Assembly: GCA_964453345.1 (NCBI GenBank)
Contig: CAYVOC010000009.1
Coordinates: 1 to 45,309 of the forward strand
Direction of reading: 5' to 3'
Source of the DNA: an uncultured Aquificales bacterium
GTDB taxonomy: Bacteria; Thermosulfidibacterota; Thermosulfidibacteria; Thermosulfidibacterales; Thermosulfidibacteraceae
Length of the DNA: 45,309 nt
Below are positions 21,446 through 32,662 of this stretch, piece by piece. The notes beneath the pieces are model-generated. The model saw only the letters and a list, made by a program, of their open reading frames with translations, was not told the origin of the DNA and searched no databases. The translations under genes and the position numbers were made by a program. The stretch's first letter is position 1, and each line of letters opens with the position of its first letter.

Positions 21446-22169
21446 GCGGCCTGAAGCGCTCAGCGACAAGGTTTTTCACTTCTGTCCGGGCTGTCACCAC
21501 GGCATAATCCACAGACTGGTTGCAGAGGTCATAGACGATCTGGGAATCCGGGAAAAGACCATAGGGATAGCGCCGGTGGGATGCGCCGTCTTTCTATACG
21601 AGTATATGAGATGCGACGTGACAGAGTCGCCCCACGGGAGGGCGCCCGCCGTTGCAACAGGCATAAAAAGGTGCCTGCCCGATAGAGTGGTCTTCTGCTA
21701 CCAGGGAGACGGCGAGATAGCGGCCATAGGAACCGCAGAGATCATACATGCAGCCAACAGGGGAGAACACATAACGGTGATCTATGTAAACAACGCGGTT
21801 TACGGAATGACAGGGGGACAGATGGCTCCCACCACCGTTTTAGGGCAAAGGGCCACAACATGCCCCTACGGAAGGGATCCAAGGAACTCCGGATACCCCA
21901 TGCGGATGGTGGAGCTTCTCAACACCTTGGATGCACCCGCCTTTCTGGCAAGGGTCAAGGTCAACTCCCCCAAGGCGGTCAAAAACGCCAGAAGGATAAT
22001 AAAAAAGGCCTTTGAAGCGCAGCTCAACGGACTGGGCTTCGCCATGGTTGAAGTGCTTTCCGCCTGCCCCACCGGCTGGAAGATGGATCCGGTGGAGGCG
22101 TGCAGATGGATAGACGAAGAGATGGAAAGCTACTACCCTGTGGGAGTCGTCAGGGACAGGGGGGTGTAA
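21429..22169 (+). CDS. 2-oxoacid:ferredoxin oxidoreductase beta subunit (TPP-binding)
   Basis: [25 protein letters not shown]...[18 protein letters not shown]. Confidence 0.92.
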   Translation: MKPVFKRPEALSDKVFHFCPGCHHGIIHRLVAEVIDDLGIREKTIGIAPVGCAVFLYEYMRCDVTESPHGRAPAVATGIKRCLPDRVVFCYQGDGEIAAIGTAEIIHAANRGEHITVIYVNNAVYGMTGGQMAPTTVLGQRATTCPYGRDPRNSGYPMRMVELLNTLDAPAFLARVKVNSPKAVKNARRIIKKAFEAQLNGLGFAMVEVLSACPTGWKMDPVEACRWIDEEMESYYPVGVVRDRGV

Positions 22170-22170
22170 G

Positions 22171-22695
22171 GTGAAGGAAGTGGACGTATTTATAGCGGGC
22201 ATAGGTGGACAGGGATCCCTCCTCATAGGGCAGTTTCTGGCGGAAGCGGCCATAAGAGAGGGGCTGCACACAACCTGGGTGCCCATATACGGCGTTGAGA
22301 AGAGGGGAGGAGACGCAACCGTAACCGTAATCGTATCAGAAAAGGAAGTGGAATCCCCGGTTCTGGCAAGGGTGAACAACATGATTGTCATGCACCAGAG
22401 GATGTGGGAGAAATACAGATCAAGGATCAAACCCTCGGGGCTTCTCATAGTAAACTCCTCCATAGTCGATGTTGAAGATGAGGGCTACAGACTCGTAAGG
22501 GTCCCGGCAACCGACATAGCCATATCCTTGGGAAGCGAGAGGGCAGCCAATGTGGTTCTGCTCGGAACCTTTCTTAAGTTGAGGCCCGTGGTATCCCTTG
22601 ACACAGTGGCCTCCGTGATAAGGGAAAAGAGCAAAAAGCAAAAGATAGCCGATCTTAACATAAAGGCACTGCACAGGGGATACGAGTATGAATAA
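22171..22695 (+). CDS. 2-oxoacid:ferredoxin oxidoreductase gamma subunit
   Basis: GIGGQG, YGVEKRGG, ANVVLLG. Confidence 0.9.
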   Translation: MKEVDVFIAGIGGQGSLLIGQFLAEAAIREGLHTTWVPIYGVEKRGGDATVTVIVSEKEVESPVLARVNNMIVMHQRMWEKYRSRIKPSGLLIVNSSIVDVEDEGYRLVRVPATDIAISLGSERAANVVLLGTFLKLRPVVSLDTVASVIREKSKKQKIADLNIKALHRGYEYE

Positions 22696-23440
22696 GCTGA
22701 TCAGCGGGGCCCTGCTGGGCCTCGTCCAGGGACTGACGGAGTTTCTGCCGGTCTCAAGCTCGGGCCATCTTGCAATACTTCAGCACTACCTTAAGTTCCC
22801 CGGAGACAGGCTTTTTTTCGATGTAATGCTCCACTTCGCCACGCTCCTTTCCGTCTTGGTATACTTCAGACGGCGCATCGTGGAATACCTGAGAAGCCCA
22901 AGGATTTTGAGCTACATTGTGCTGGTCACCATCCCCACCGGGATAGTGGGGCTGCTGCTGAAGGAAAAGGTCGAAGTGCTCATAAGGGCCCCCAAAATCA
23001 TCGCCATCATGCTGCTGATAACAGCTTTTATAACCTTTCTGGTTGACAAAATAGAAGGCACCAAGAAAATCGAAGAGCTGGGAAGCACAGGCGCCCTTTT
23101 TGTGGGAGTGTTTCAGGGGCTTGCCGTGATCCCCGGCATATCAAGATCGGGATCAACCATCTTTGCATCTGTAATAGCGGGCGTTGACAAGGAGGAAGCG
23201 GCTCCCTTTTCCTTCATCGTCTCCATCCCCGCCATAGCGGGAGCCACCCTTCTGGAAACCCTGAAGCTGGGCAATCATACAGCCCAGCTGGACGCAGCAA
23301 CCCTCGTGGGAATGACCGTTGCCTTTGCAACGGGACTGGCGGCCATAAAGATCTTCGTGGAAACCCTGAGAACCAGAAGATTCAGATTGTTCTCCGCCTA
23401 CCTGATTGCGGCAGCCCTTGCAGTGCTCTTAGCAGGGTAA
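22688..23440 (+). CDS. uppP: Undecaprenyl-diphosphate phosphatase
   Basis: QGLTEFLPVSSSGH, PGISRSGST. Confidence 0.96.
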   Translation: MNKLISGALLGLVQGLTEFLPVSSSGHLAILQHYLKFPGDRLFFDVMLHFATLLSVLVYFRRRIVEYLRSPRILSYIVLVTIPTGIVGLLLKEKVEVLIRAPKIIAIMLLITAFITFLVDKIEGTKKIEELGSTGALFVGVFQGLAVIPGISRSGSTIFASVIAGVDKEEAAPFSFIVSIPAIAGATLLETLKLGNHTAQLDAATLVGMTVAFATGLAAIKIFVETLRTRRFRLFSAYLIAAALAVLLAG

Positions 23441-23484
23441 AAACAAAAAGGGCCCGGATCGAACATCAGAATCCGATCCGGGCC
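23441..23484 (-). terminator. Rho-independent terminator of the por operon, possibly bidirectional
   Basis: 11-bp stem GGCCCGGATCG/CGATCCGGGCC (23451-23484), T-rich tail on minus strand. Confidence 0.8.
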
Positions 23485-23496
23485 GCCCAAAAGACC

Positions 23497-24507
23497 CTAA
23501 TTTTCCTGATCGAGTTCCTTTATTATCTTCTGATACTTCTCTTCCCACTCTCCCTGGCTTGTAACCTCTTCCATCAGCTTGAGCCATCTCCAGTGCTCGT
23601 CGATCCTCTCCTGTATCTGATCTATTATCTGCTTGGGCAGATGCCTGAACCTCTTCTGGGTCTTGAGATACTCCTCAACGGGCTTTAACCCCTTGGGAGG
23701 CTCGTAGGATATCCTGTAGATCTTGCCCTCAAATATCTCATAGAGCGGGAACATGCCCGTCTCAACGGCAAGCCTTCCTATCTCCACCGTCTTGCTGGGA
23801 GGGCATCCCCATCCCGTGGGGCACACAGAGAACATGTGGATGTAGGAAGCGCCGTTGCTGTTCAGCGCCCTTCTGACCTTCTGCATCAGATCCAGAGGAT
23901 AGCTGGGACAGGCAGTGGCAACATACTTTACCTCATGGGCCGCCGCAATGGCAGCCACATTCTTCTTCCAGTATCCCTGCCCAAACTTAACCTTGCCGGC
24001 GGGAGTGGTTGTGGTGTGGGCACCGTAGGGAGTGGCGGACGATCCCTGCACTCCGGTGTTCATGTAGGCCTCATTGTCATAGCAGACATACAGCACATTG
24101 TGATTTCTGGCAAGCATTCCGGAAAGGGCCTGCAGACCTATATCCGCCGTTCCACCATCTCCTGCAAGGGCGATTATGTTTATCTTCTCGTCCGGGTTTA
24201 TACGCCCCTTCCTCTTGAGCACCTTGATTGCAGCATCAATTCCGCTTGCCACCGCAGCCGTGTTCTCAAAGGCAGTGTGAATCCAGGGAACAGCCCAAGA
24301 AGTATAGGGGAAGGGTGAGGATATGATCTCCATACAACCGGTGGCATTCACCACTATGGTGTTGGGACCGGCCGCCTTCAGAATATACCTTATACCAAGG
24401 GCCGGACCACAACCCTGGCACGCCCTGTGCCCCCTTACAAAATACTCCTCCTTGGGAGCGTTCTTGTAAACAAGCGCCTTTGCAAAATTCTTCATATCCC
24501 TCTTCAT
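23497..24507 (-). CDS. porB: Pyruvate/2-oxoacid:ferredoxin oxidoreductase beta subunit
   Basis: GHRACQGCG, ATGC, AFEN, GDGG, DNEAYMNTG. Confidence 0.92.
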   Translation of the reverse strand: MKRDMKNFAKALVYKNAPKEEYFVRGHRACQGCGPALGIRYILKAAGPNTIVVNATGCMEIISSPFPYTSWAVPWIHTAFENTAAVASGIDAAIKVLKRKGRINPDEKINIIALAGDGGTADIGLQALSGMLARNHNVLYVCYDNEAYMNTGVQGSSATPYGAHTTTTPAGKVKFGQGYWKKNVAAIAAAHEVKYVATACPSYPLDLMQKVRRALNSNGASYIHMFSVCPTGWGCPPSKTVEIGRLAVETGMFPLYEIFEGKIYRISYEPPKGLKPVEEYLKTQKRFRHLPKQIIDQIQERIDEHWRWLKLMEEVTSQGEWEEKYQKIIKELDQEN

Positions 24508-25688
24508 TCTCTCAACCCCACTATGATTACTTCTTCGGGTTCTTTACCAGTTCTGTATGCCTCTTCACCAATTTCAAACATCCTGACATACTCATCAAAC
24601 TTGATGTCCCTGCCGCCAAGACCGGAGGTGACCCCCACGACCATCGGGCGATTGGACTCATGATACAGGGCGGATCTCACCTCCGACATCACTATGCCAA
24701 GCTGACCACCGAAGGAGATAGCCCTGTCCAGAACAACCACACACTTCACATTGTCCCGGCACAGAACATCCTTCAGATCCTCAAAGGGGAAGGGTCTCCA
24801 CAACCTCAGCTCAACCACACCCCACTTTTTGCCCTGCTTCCTCATCTCATCAACCACAACCTGGGCAGCCTCCGTCACGGATCCCTGGGTAAGAAGTATT
24901 ATCTCGGCGTCATCCGCATAGTAGGTCTCAACAGCCTGATACCTTCTTCCGAAGTTCTCCTCAAACTCCTTCCACACCTGATCTATGATCCTGCGGGAAT
25001 TCCTTATGGCCACATCCTGCTGCTTCTTCACTTCGGTGTATATCTCCGGAAGCCCAACAGGCCCCATGGTTACGGGATTCTTGGGGTCAAGCCTGTAGGG
25101 ATGGTTGTAAGGAGGGATAAAGCCTTTCACCTCATCCTTTTCAAACATCCAGATGGGCTCTATCACATGGGTCAGCAGGAATCCGTCAAAGTTTATCATA
25201 ACGGGAAGCAGCACATCGGGGTGTTCTCCTATCTTGAAGGCCATAAAGGTGAGATCATAGGCCTCCTGACCGTTGTTGGCGAAGATGGAGATCCAGCCCG
25301 TGTCCCTCTCGTTCATCACATCCGAGTGATCGTTCCAGATGTTGATGGGTGCAGACAGTGCCCTGTTTGCAAGGGCCATAACCACAGGCGCCCTCATACT
25401 GCTGGTGATATACACAATCTCGTTCATGAGGGCCAAACCCTGCGAGGATGTGGAGGTAAAGGCCCTTGCACCTGTGAGAGATGCCCCGAGAGCGGCGCTC
25501 ATGGCGGTATGCTCGGACTCAACGGTTATAAACTCAGCATTCAGCTCCCCATCAGCAACCAGCTCCGCCAAATGCTCAACTATGTGGGTCTGGGGCGTGA
25601 TGGGATACGCCGAAACCACCTCCACCTCAGCCAAGGCGGCGGCCTCGGCAATGGCTATTGCAACCTCTATTCCGACCCTCTTGGCCAT
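24504..25688 (-). CDS. porA: Pyruvate/2-oxoacid:ferredoxin oxidoreductase alpha subunit
   Basis: AYPITPQT, ESEH, TSSQGL, WNDHSD, WRPFP. Confidence 0.93.
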   Translation of the reverse strand: MAKRVGIEVAIAIAEAAALAEVEVVSAYPITPQTHIVEHLAELVADGELNAEFITVESEHTAMSAALGASLTGARAFTSTSSQGLALMNEIVYITSSMRAPVVMALANRALSAPINIWNDHSDVMNERDTGWISIFANNGQEAYDLTFMAFKIGEHPDVLLPVMINFDGFLLTHVIEPIWMFEKDEVKGFIPPYNHPYRLDPKNPVTMGPVGLPEIYTEVKKQQDVAIRNSRRIIDQVWKEFEENFGRRYQAVETYYADDAEIILLTQGSVTEAAQVVVDEMRKQGKKWGVVELRLWRPFPFEDLKDVLCRDNVKCVVVLDRAISFGGQLGIVMSEVRSALYHESNRPMVVGVTSGLGGRDIKFDEYVRMFEIGEEAYRTGKEPEEVIIVGLRE

Positions 25689-25975
25689 TACTCCACCTCT
25701 TCTTCAACCATGGTTATACATTTTCTGGGACACTCCTCAGCACATATACCGCAACCCTTACAGTAATCCCTGTTGGCGACAAACCTGCCCTCTTCGTCCA
25801 CCTCAAAGGCATACTCCGGACAGAAGGCCCAGCAGGTTCCGCACTTTATACACCTTTCGTGATCCACCACAGGGTAGAAGGTCTTCCAGTCTCCAGTTTT
25901 ATACTCCACACTGTTACCGGGCTCCGTTATGATTGCGGCTAAGGTTAACTCCTTCCAGCTCGGAAACCCTCTCAT
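25688..25975 (-). CDS. porD: POR delta subunit, 2x[4Fe-4S]
   Basis: KTGDW, CIKCGTCWAFCP, CKGCGICAEECP. Confidence 0.94.
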   Translation of the reverse strand: MRGFPSWKELTLAAIITEPGNSVEYKTGDWKTFYPVVDHERCIKCGTCWAFCPEYAFEVDEEGRFVANRDYCKGCGICAEECPRKCITMVEEEVE

Positions 25976-26520
25976 CCTATCACCGCCTCCTCATAGGCCC
26001 TCTTAAAGGCCCGTATTTCTTTGTCTTTTATAGCAGGGAACCTTTCTGCAATCTCCTTTTCCACATCTTCGGGATCCGCAAGCCCCGGATAGGCCTTGAG
26101 CAGAGCGCCAAGCATAACCACATTGGTTATGGGAACCCCAAGCTCCTGTATCGCTATCTCCGTGGCGTTAACCGCAACAGTTTTACCCGTCCAGTTGAGC
26201 CTCTTTTTGACCTCCTCGGGCCCCACCTTGGTGTTTATGACAAGCACCCCGTCCTCCTTGAGCCCATCAAGCACGGGAACAGAAGCTAAAAGAGTGGGGT
26301 CAAGGACAACCACAATGTCAGGCTCATAAACACCTATGCGGATCTTTATCGGCTCATCGGAGATCCTGGTAAAGGCAAGAACCGGAGCTCCCCTTCTCTC
26401 AGCGCCAAAGGCGGGGAAAGCCTGGGCGTATTTGCCCTCGGCTATGGCTGCCTTGGCCAAAAGCTCCGCCGAAGTAACAGCTCCCTGTCCACCCCTTCCG
26501 TGAAACCTTATCTCTATCAT
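25972..26520 (-). CDS. porC: POR gamma subunit
   Basis: [19 protein letters not shown]; start set at MIEIRF. Confidence 0.94.
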
Positions 26521-26569
26521 CCGCCTACCCCAATCCAAATTTTAGTGATCCCAAATCGCCTTTAGCAGG

Positions 26570-29383
26570 CTACTCCAAAAGGGAACCTTTGTCAACCGCT
26601 ACACCGACAACCTCCCTTAGAAACTTCCCTGTGTAGGATTCAGAACTTTGAGCAACCTCCTCAGGAGAACCCTTGGCCACTATGTAACCTCCCCTATCAC
26701 CCCCCTCCGGGCCGAGATCAATTATGTAATCTGCATTCTTTATAACATCCATATTGTGCTCAATAACAATGACTGTATTGCCTTTATCAACGAGCCTTTG
26801 CAAAATTTTTACGAGCTTATCCACATCATCCATGTGCAATCCAACAGTCGGCTCATCAAGTATGTAAACGGTTCTCCCAGAGCTTCTTTTGGTTAACTCT
26901 CTGGCAAGCTTTATCCTCTGGGCCTCTCCCCCGGACAGGGTTGTTGCAGGCTGCCCAAGCTTTATGTAACCCAGCCCCACATCCCTGAGAAGCTCCAGCT
27001 TGGACTTCAAGGAGGGGATATTCTCAAAGAACTCACAGGCCTCATCCACGGTCATGTTCAGAACATCCGCTATATTTTTGCCCTTGTATAGTATTTCAAG
27101 AGTCTCCCTGTTGTATCTTGTCCCCTTGCACAGATCGCACTTCACGTAAACATCGGGCAGAAAAAGCATCTCCACCTTTATGTATCCCTCCCCCTGGCAC
27201 TTCTCACACCTGCCTCCCTTAACATTGAAGGAAAACCTGCCCGGCCTGTATCCCCTCGCCCTCGCCTCGGGGGTGCTGGCGAAAAGCTCCCTTATCTGGG
27301 TAAAAAATCCCACGTAGGTTGCGGGATTCGATCTGGGCGTTCTCCCTATGGGGGACTGATCCACACAGACCACCCTGTCCACATTCTCCCATCCCTCCAA
27401 GCCATCGTATGCCCCAACATGGAGTCTTGTTCTGTTCAACCTGTTGTGCAGAGCCGGATATATAACCTCCATGAGCAGACTGCTTTTCCCGGAACCGGAA
27501 ACCCCCGTTATGCAGACAAAACAGCCCAAGGGGATCTCCACATCGATGTTTTTAAGGTTTCTATGCCTGACTCCCCTGAAAACCAGCTTGGGACGTTTCT
27601 TGTAATCCCTGCGCTTTGCTCCCCCCACAGAAAGTTTACCGGCCAGATACAAACCTGTAAGGGAGTTCTCACACCTCTTAAGCCCCTCAACAGGCCCCGC
27701 ATAAACAATCTCTCCCCCCTTCTGCCCTCCACCGGGGCCCAGATCCACAACATAATCGGCCTTCTCTATAACCAGCTGGTCGTGCTCAACAACTATGACC
27801 GTATTCCCGAGGTCCCTGAGCTTTTTTAGGTTCTCCACGAGTCTTGCCGTATCCTTGGGATGAAGCCCCACCGTCGGCTCATCGAGAACATAGGTGACGC
27901 CGGAAAGGGTGGATCCTATTTGCGTCGCAAGTCTTATCCTCTGGGCCTCCCCTCCCGAAAGGGTGGAGGCCTCCCTGTCGAGGGTGATGTAGTCGAGCCC
28001 AACTTCAACCAGAAATCCCAGCCTGGATTTTATCTCCCTGAGGATCTTGTCCGCCACAACGGCTTTGCTGCCTCCAAAGGAGACTCCGTTAAAGAAATCG
28101 TAAGCCTCCTTGACGGTCATCCTCACAACATCCCAGATGTTTTTTCCGGCCACCTTTACCGCAAGGGCCTCCCTTCTTAGCCTGCTTCCTCCACACTCGG
28201 CGCAGGGAACCTTCACCTTCATGTTCTCAAGGTTCTCTTCCAGAGACAGAGACCTTAGCATCCTTTTGATACCGTCGTAGCGGAAAAGTTCCCTCTTAAT
28301 CCTTCCCCTGATGTCCCTATACACCATGGGAACAGGCTCGCCATAACCCTCAATTATGATCCTTTTGTGCTCATCAGGCAGATCCCTAAAGGGAACATCC
28401 TTGGGGATGCCCACAAGATCGCAGAGGGCCATAAGAAGCCTTTTGTAGAATCTGGAGTAGTTGGCGGGAATCACCGCCCCTTCCGCTATGCTAAGATCCT
28501 CGATTATGGCCATCTCCGGATCTACCACCTCATCGTATCCCAGCCCCTTGCAGACAGGGCAGGCACCATAGGGGGAGTTGAAGGAGAAGAGCTTGGGGTC
28601 CAGCTCACCGATGGAAAAACCGCAGTAGGGGCAGGAAAAGCTCTCGCTAAAGAGCCTCTCACCCTCGGGGGTCCAGAGAACAACAATCCCTCCAGAAAGC
28701 TTCAGGGCCAGCTCCACAGAGTCTGCTATTCTAACCCTCTCGGAAGGAGAGATCTTTATTCTGTCCACGACCACCTCAATATCGTGCCGCCTGTTTTTCT
28801 CCAGATCTATCGGCTCATCAAGCCTGAAAACCCTTCCGTCCACCCGAACCCTCGCGAAGCCCTCCCTCCTGAGATAATCCAACAGATCCCTGTGCTCCCC
28901 CTTCCGACCCCTCACCACAGGGGCGAGGATCATGGCCTTGGTTCCCTCAGGATAGGAGAGGATGGCATCAACCATCTCCTGAACGCTCAGGCCCTGCACG
29001 GGGATATTGCAGTTGGGACACACAACCTCACCGACTCTGGCAAACAGAAGCCTCAGGTAATCGTATATTTCCGTGACCGTGGCGACGGTGGACCTCGGGT
29101 TCTTCGACACGCTCTTCTGGTCAATGGCTATGGAGGGGGTAAGACCGTATATAAAGTCCACATCCGGCTTTTCCAGAACCTCCAGAAATTGCCTGGCGTA
29201 GCTTGAGAGGGACTCCACATACCTTCTATAGCCTTCCGCATATATGGTATCAAAGGCAAGGCTGCTTTTGCCCGATCCGGAAACCCCGGTTACAACCACT
29301 ATGCAGTTCTTCGGTATGTCCACATCCACATTCTTCAGATTGTGGACCCGCGCACCCCTTACGATTATCCTATCCCTGTCCAA
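26570..29383 (-). CDS. uvrA: Excinuclease ABC subunit A
   Basis: Two GVSGSGKSS Walker A motifs, two LSGGEAQR signatures, zinc fingers; TTG start inferred at 29383. Confidence 0.97.
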   Translation of the reverse strand: MDRDRIIVRGARVHNLKNVDVDIPKNCIVVVTGVSGSGKSSLAFDTIYAEGYRRYVESLSSYARQFLEVLEKPDVDFIYGLTPSIAIDQKSVSKNPRSTVATVTEIYDYLRLLFARVGEVVCPNCNIPVQGLSVQEMVDAILSYPEGTKAMILAPVVRGRKGEHRDLLDYLRREGFARVRVDGRVFRLDEPIDLEKNRRHDIEVVVDRIKISPSERVRIADSVELALKLSGGIVVLWTPEGERLFSESFSCPYCGFSIGELDPKLFSFNSPYGACPVCKGLGYDEVVDPEMAIIEDLSIAEGAVIPANYSRFYKRLLMALCDLVGIPKDVPFRDLPDEHKRIIIEGYGEPVPMVYRDIRGRIKRELFRYDGIKRMLRSLSLEENLENMKVKVPCAECGGSRLRREALAVKVAGKNIWDVVRMTVKEAYDFFNGVSFGGSKAVVADKILREIKSRLGFLVEVGLDYITLDREASTLSGGEAQRIRLATQIGSTLSGVTYVLDEPTVGLHPKDTARLVENLKKLRDLGNTVIVVEHDQLVIEKADYVVDLGPGGGQKGGEIVYAGPVEGLKRCENSLTGLYLAGKLSVGGAKRRDYKKRPKLVFRGVRHRNLKNIDVEIPLGCFVCITGVSGSGKSSLLMEVIYPALHNRLNRTRLHVGAYDGLEGWENVDRVVCVDQSPIGRTPRSNPATYVGFFTQIRELFASTPEARARGYRPGRFSFNVKGGRCEKCQGEGYIKVEMLFLPDVYVKCDLCKGTRYNRETLEILYKGKNIADVLNMTVDEACEFFENIPSLKSKLELLRDVGLGYIKLGQPATTLSGGEAQRIKLARELTKRSSGRTVYILDEPTVGLHMDDVDKLVKILQRLVDKGNTVIVIEHNMDVIKNADYIIDLGPEGGDRGGYIVAKGSPEEVAQSSESYTGKFLREVVGVAVDKGSLLE

Positions 29384-30152
29384 GCTCCCTCGACCTCCTG
29401 GCCGCAGCCTCCACAGCATCTATCAGAATACCCTTAAACCCCTCCCTTTCAAGAAGGCTCAGGGCGGCTATGGTGGTGCCTCCGGGAGAGGTGACAGCGT
29501 TTATCAGCTCCCTGGGAACAGCTCTGCCCTTCTCCATCAGCACAGCCGCTCCCTTCACCGTCTGAAGGGCCAGAAGCCTGGATGTTTCCCTGTCAAGCCC
29601 CAGCTTGACCCCCGCATCCTCAAGGGCCTCTATAAACAGAAAAACATAGGCCGGACCGGAACCGGAAAGCCCCGTCACCGCATCCATAAGATCTTCCTTA
29701 ACGCACACAACCCTGCCAAGTCCCCTCAGCATATCAAGCACCCTCTCCCTGTCATCCTCATCCAGGGAACCAGAGAAGGAACAGGCTATGGCGCCTTCGG
29801 CCACCAGAGCCGGGGTGTTGGGCATAACCCTCACGATCCTGTCCCACCCTAACTCATCCCTCAGTCTGGAAATGCTTACGCCGGCCATAACGGAAACAAC
29901 GATCTGATCCCCCTCAAACCTTCCCCTTATGCAATCCGCCACATCGGAAAAGGACTGGGGCTTAACGGCTATAAAGATCTCACGGCTTCTGGCCACAAGA
30001 TCCTCCAAGGATTCACACACGGTCAAGCCCATCTTCCGCGCAAGCTCAACCCTTGCAGGAGAAACATCATACACGCACACCTCAAAGGACTTTTGCTTCA
30101 ATCCCTTAGCAATGGCCTCCCCCATCCTTCCAAAACCTATGATTCCCGTCAT
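29370..30152 (-). CDS. proC: Pyrroline-5-carboxylate reductase
   Basis: GFGRMG, AVKPQ, RVMPNTP, SGSGPAY, TSPGGTT. Confidence 0.97.
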   Translation of the reverse strand: MTGIIGFGRMGEAIAKGLKQKSFEVCVYDVSPARVELARKMGLTVCESLEDLVARSREIFIAVKPQSFSDVADCIRGRFEGDQIVVSVMAGVSISRLRDELGWDRIVRVMPNTPALVAEGAIACSFSGSLDEDDRERVLDMLRGLGRVVCVKEDLMDAVTGLSGSGPAYVFLFIEALEDAGVKLGLDRETSRLLALQTVKGAAVLMEKGRAVPRELINAVTSPGGTTIAALSLLEREGFKGILIDAVEAAARRSRELGQG

Positions 30153-30187
30153 CGCCCTTCCCTCCGCAATTTAAGCTGCAAAGTCTC

Positions 30188-30217
30188 TTGACAAGCCATT
30201 TTGCTTACCCATATCAT
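30188..30217 (+). promoter_or_regulatory. Putative sigma70 promoter of HU gene
   Basis: TTGACA-N18-TATCAT. Confidence 0.55.
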
Positions 30218-30254
30218 TTTTCCCAGGAATAAAAAACCCTTACAGGAGGTCGCC

Positions 30255-30527
30255 ATGACCAAGGCGGAGCTGGTAACCTACATAGCAAAAGAGGCCGGGT
30301 TGACCAAGGCCAACGCTGAGAAGGCCTTGGATGCCTTTATGAAAGCCGTTATGGAAGCGCTCTCCAAGGGCGAAAAGGTAACGCTGGTGGGATTTGGAAC
30401 CTTCTATGTGGCAGAAAGGGCAGAGAGAAGGGGCAGAAACCCGCAGACCAAGGAGGAGATCATAATTCCCGCCTGCAAGGTGCCCAAGTTCAAGCCCGGT
30501 AAGCTCCTGAAAGAAAAGGTAAAATAA
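30255..30527 (+). CDS. hup: DNA-binding protein HU
   Basis: MTKAELV, GFGTF, GRNPQT, PKFKPGK; SD AGGAGG. Confidence 0.96.
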   Translation: MTKAELVTYIAKEAGLTKANAEKALDAFMKAVMEALSKGEKVTLVGFGTFYVAERAERRGRNPQTKEEIIIPACKVPKFKPGKLLKEKVK

Positions 30528-30537
30528 GAAGCTTAGC

Positions 30538-30554
30538 GGGGGCCTTGCGCCCCC
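30538..30554. terminator. Hairpin between convergent hup and peptidase genes
   Basis: GGGGGC-CTTGC-GCCCCC. Confidence 0.55.
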
Positions 30555-30556
30555 TC

Positions 30557-31627
30557 TTAAACCTCCACAATCTCAAGCTGGGTTCTGTTCAAACAGCGAA
30601 TCCCGGATTTATCCAAATGATACATGTTTTCAAGTCTTATTCCAAAGCCATCCGGTATGTATATTCCCGGCTCGATGGTGAAAACGTTTCCCTCCTCAAG
30701 GGTGTCCTCGGACAGGGCGCTCAAGGAGGGTTTTTCATGTATCTCAAGCCCCACCCCATGGCCGAGCCCATGCCCGAAATAGCCGCCGAAACCGGCCTCC
30801 TCTATTAGCCCTTCTGCGACCATATGGATGTCCCTGCAATCCCGCTCACCCCTCTCTATGGCCTCAACCGCCTTCATATGGGCATCATACACGATTGTCC
30901 AAACCCGCCTCTCTTCCCCGGTAACCCTTCCCACCTTCACCACCCTGGTTACATCCGAGCAGTAGCCGTCGAAAAGGCAACCGAAATCCAAAACCACAAT
31001 ATCCCCCTTTTCTATGAGCTTGTCGGAAGCAACCCCATGGGGAAGGGCCGAGCGCTTCCCGGAGGCAACGATTATATCGAAGGAAACACCTTCGGCCCCC
31101 TTCCTCCTCATCAGGAACTCAAGCTCAAGGGCAATTTCCTTTTCAGATATTCCCGGCTTCAGGATTCCGAGAACCTCAAGGAAGCTCTCCTCAGCAATAG
31201 AGAGGGCCTTCTCTATCCTCTCCACCTCCTCCGGCTCCTTCTTCGCCCTCGCCCCCTCAACCGCTCCGAAGACCACTACAAACTGAACCCCCTTCAGAAC
31301 CTCCTTCATCCTCTCCAGGCTTCCCACCTGAAGCCACTCCTCAATCCCTATCCTTTTCACATCCGGATATCTCTCCAGTATCCACTGGGAAAGCCTCATT
31401 CCCCTCAACTCCTCAACCTTCCAGCCGGAACACTGTCGGGAAGCCTGCAGAGTATATCTGGGATCCGTAACAAACAGCACCTCCACAGGGGTGGCCACAA
31501 CCACACCGAAGGTCCCGGTGAATCCGGTAAGGTAACGCACATTCTCCCTTTTGGTCACAAGAAGAAGGTCAAGCTCCCTCTCGCGTATTTTCTTTTTCAA
31601 GATCTCAAAGGCCCTTTCCGGACTCAA
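30557..31627 (-). CDS. Xaa-Pro aminopeptidase (M24 family)
   Basis: YLTGFTG, SALPHG, YCSDVTR, HGLGHGVGLEIHE, TIEPGIY. Confidence 0.94.
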   Translation of the reverse strand: MSPERAFEILKKKIRERELDLLLVTKRENVRYLTGFTGTFGVVVATPVEVLFVTDPRYTLQASRQCSGWKVEELRGMRLSQWILERYPDVKRIGIEEWLQVGSLERMKEVLKGVQFVVVFGAVEGARAKKEPEEVERIEKALSIAEESFLEVLGILKPGISEKEIALELEFLMRRKGAEGVSFDIIVASGKRSALPHGVASDKLIEKGDIVVLDFGCLFDGYCSDVTRVVKVGRVTGEERRVWTIVYDAHMKAVEAIERGERDCRDIHMVAEGLIEEAGFGGYFGHGLGHGVGLEIHEKPSLSALSEDTLEEGNVFTIEPGIYIPDGFGIRLENMYHLDKSGIRCLNRTQLEIVEV

Positions 31628-32054
31628 GCCCCACCTCTCTTATGTAGTTAAGAGCGAGAATATAGGAGTGTATGCCAAGACCCGATATAACCCCAACGGC
31701 GATATCAGAAAGAAAGGAACGCTTCCTGAAGTCCTCCCTTGCGTAAACATTGGTGATGTGAACCTCTATAAAGGGGATCTCAGCTGCGAGCAGGGCATCC
31801 CTCAAGGCAACGCTTGTGTGGGTAAGGGCACCGGGATTTATAACGATCCAATCCACCCTGCCTCTTGCCCCGTGAATAGCCTCAAGAATCTGGGCCTCGC
31901 TGTTGCTCTGAAAGGTAATCACCTCCAGCCCCAGCTCCTCCCCCGTCTTCACCAAGATCCTGTGAAGCTCATACAGGGAGACCGAACCGTAAAGTCCACG
32001 CTCCCTCTTACCGAGCATATTGAGATTCGGTCCGTTCACCACAAGCACCCTCAT
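31605..32054 (-). CDS. aroQ: Type II 3-dehydroquinate dehydratase
   Basis: NGPNLNMLG-RE, QSNSE, INPGALTHTS, EVHITN. Confidence 0.97.
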   Translation of the reverse strand: MRVLVVNGPNLNMLGKRERGLYGSVSLYELHRILVKTGEELGLEVITFQSNSEAQILEAIHGARGRVDWIVINPGALTHTSVALRDALLAAEIPFIEVHITNVYAREDFRKRSFLSDIAVGVISGLGIHSYILALNYIREVGLESGKGL

Positions 32055-32662
32055 GAAGGCTCCTCCGGCTCCAGCAAACTTAAATAACGCTCTATCCTCT
32101 CCTTCAGCTCAAGGGCCCTCTGATTGTCAGGCTCCTTCTCAAGCAGCTTTTCCACCTGCTCAAGGGCCTCCTCAAAGAGACACTGCTGGACATAGGTCTC
32201 CACCATCTCCACCGTCAAAAAGTCATCCTCGTCAAGGACAAGGAGATCCTCCTCCGGGGTCTCCGCCTCCTCAACGACCTCCTCAACCTCCGCAACCGCA
32301 TCCATAAGTTCCTCTTTTTCCCAGAAGGCGTGGGCGTTTATGAAGGCGTAAGTCTGCGCCGCCACATCCTCCATGCCCAGCTCCAAGGCAAGCTCCACCA
32401 CCCTTCTTCTCACGCCGAGGAGGGTGGGATCGGACGAAGCCACCTGCATAAGCAGCTCCAGAGCCTCTTCTTTGAGGCCCTCCTCAAGCATGCAAAGTCC
32501 AAGCACATAGGCAAGATCGGGGTCATCCTTGTGGCAGAGGCCCTTGGCCTCCTTTATCCTGCCCTTCCTCAACAGAAGCCATGCGTAGGCGGCCCTGGCC
32601 CTTGATGATCCCTTCGCCCTCTTCTTTAGCCTATCTTCCCTGGAGAGCTTAAATTTAAGCAG
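32051..32662 (-). CDS. TPR-like protein; start probably CTG 32662 (track gives TTG 32572)
   Basis: Helical repeats, acidic linker, C-terminal TPR (ETYVQQ..EEAL..LLEKEPDN); typical position between aroK and aroQ. Confidence 0.75.
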   Translation of the reverse strand: MLKFKLSREDRLKKRAKGSSRARAAYAWLLLRKGRIKEAKGLCHKDDPDLAYVLGLCMLEEGLKEEALELLMQVASSDPTLLGVRRRVVELALELGMEDVAAQTYAFINAHAFWEKEELMDAVAEVEEVVEEAETPEEDLLVLDEDDFLTVEMVETYVQQCLFEEALEQVEKLLEKEPDNQRALELKERIERYLSLLEPEEPS

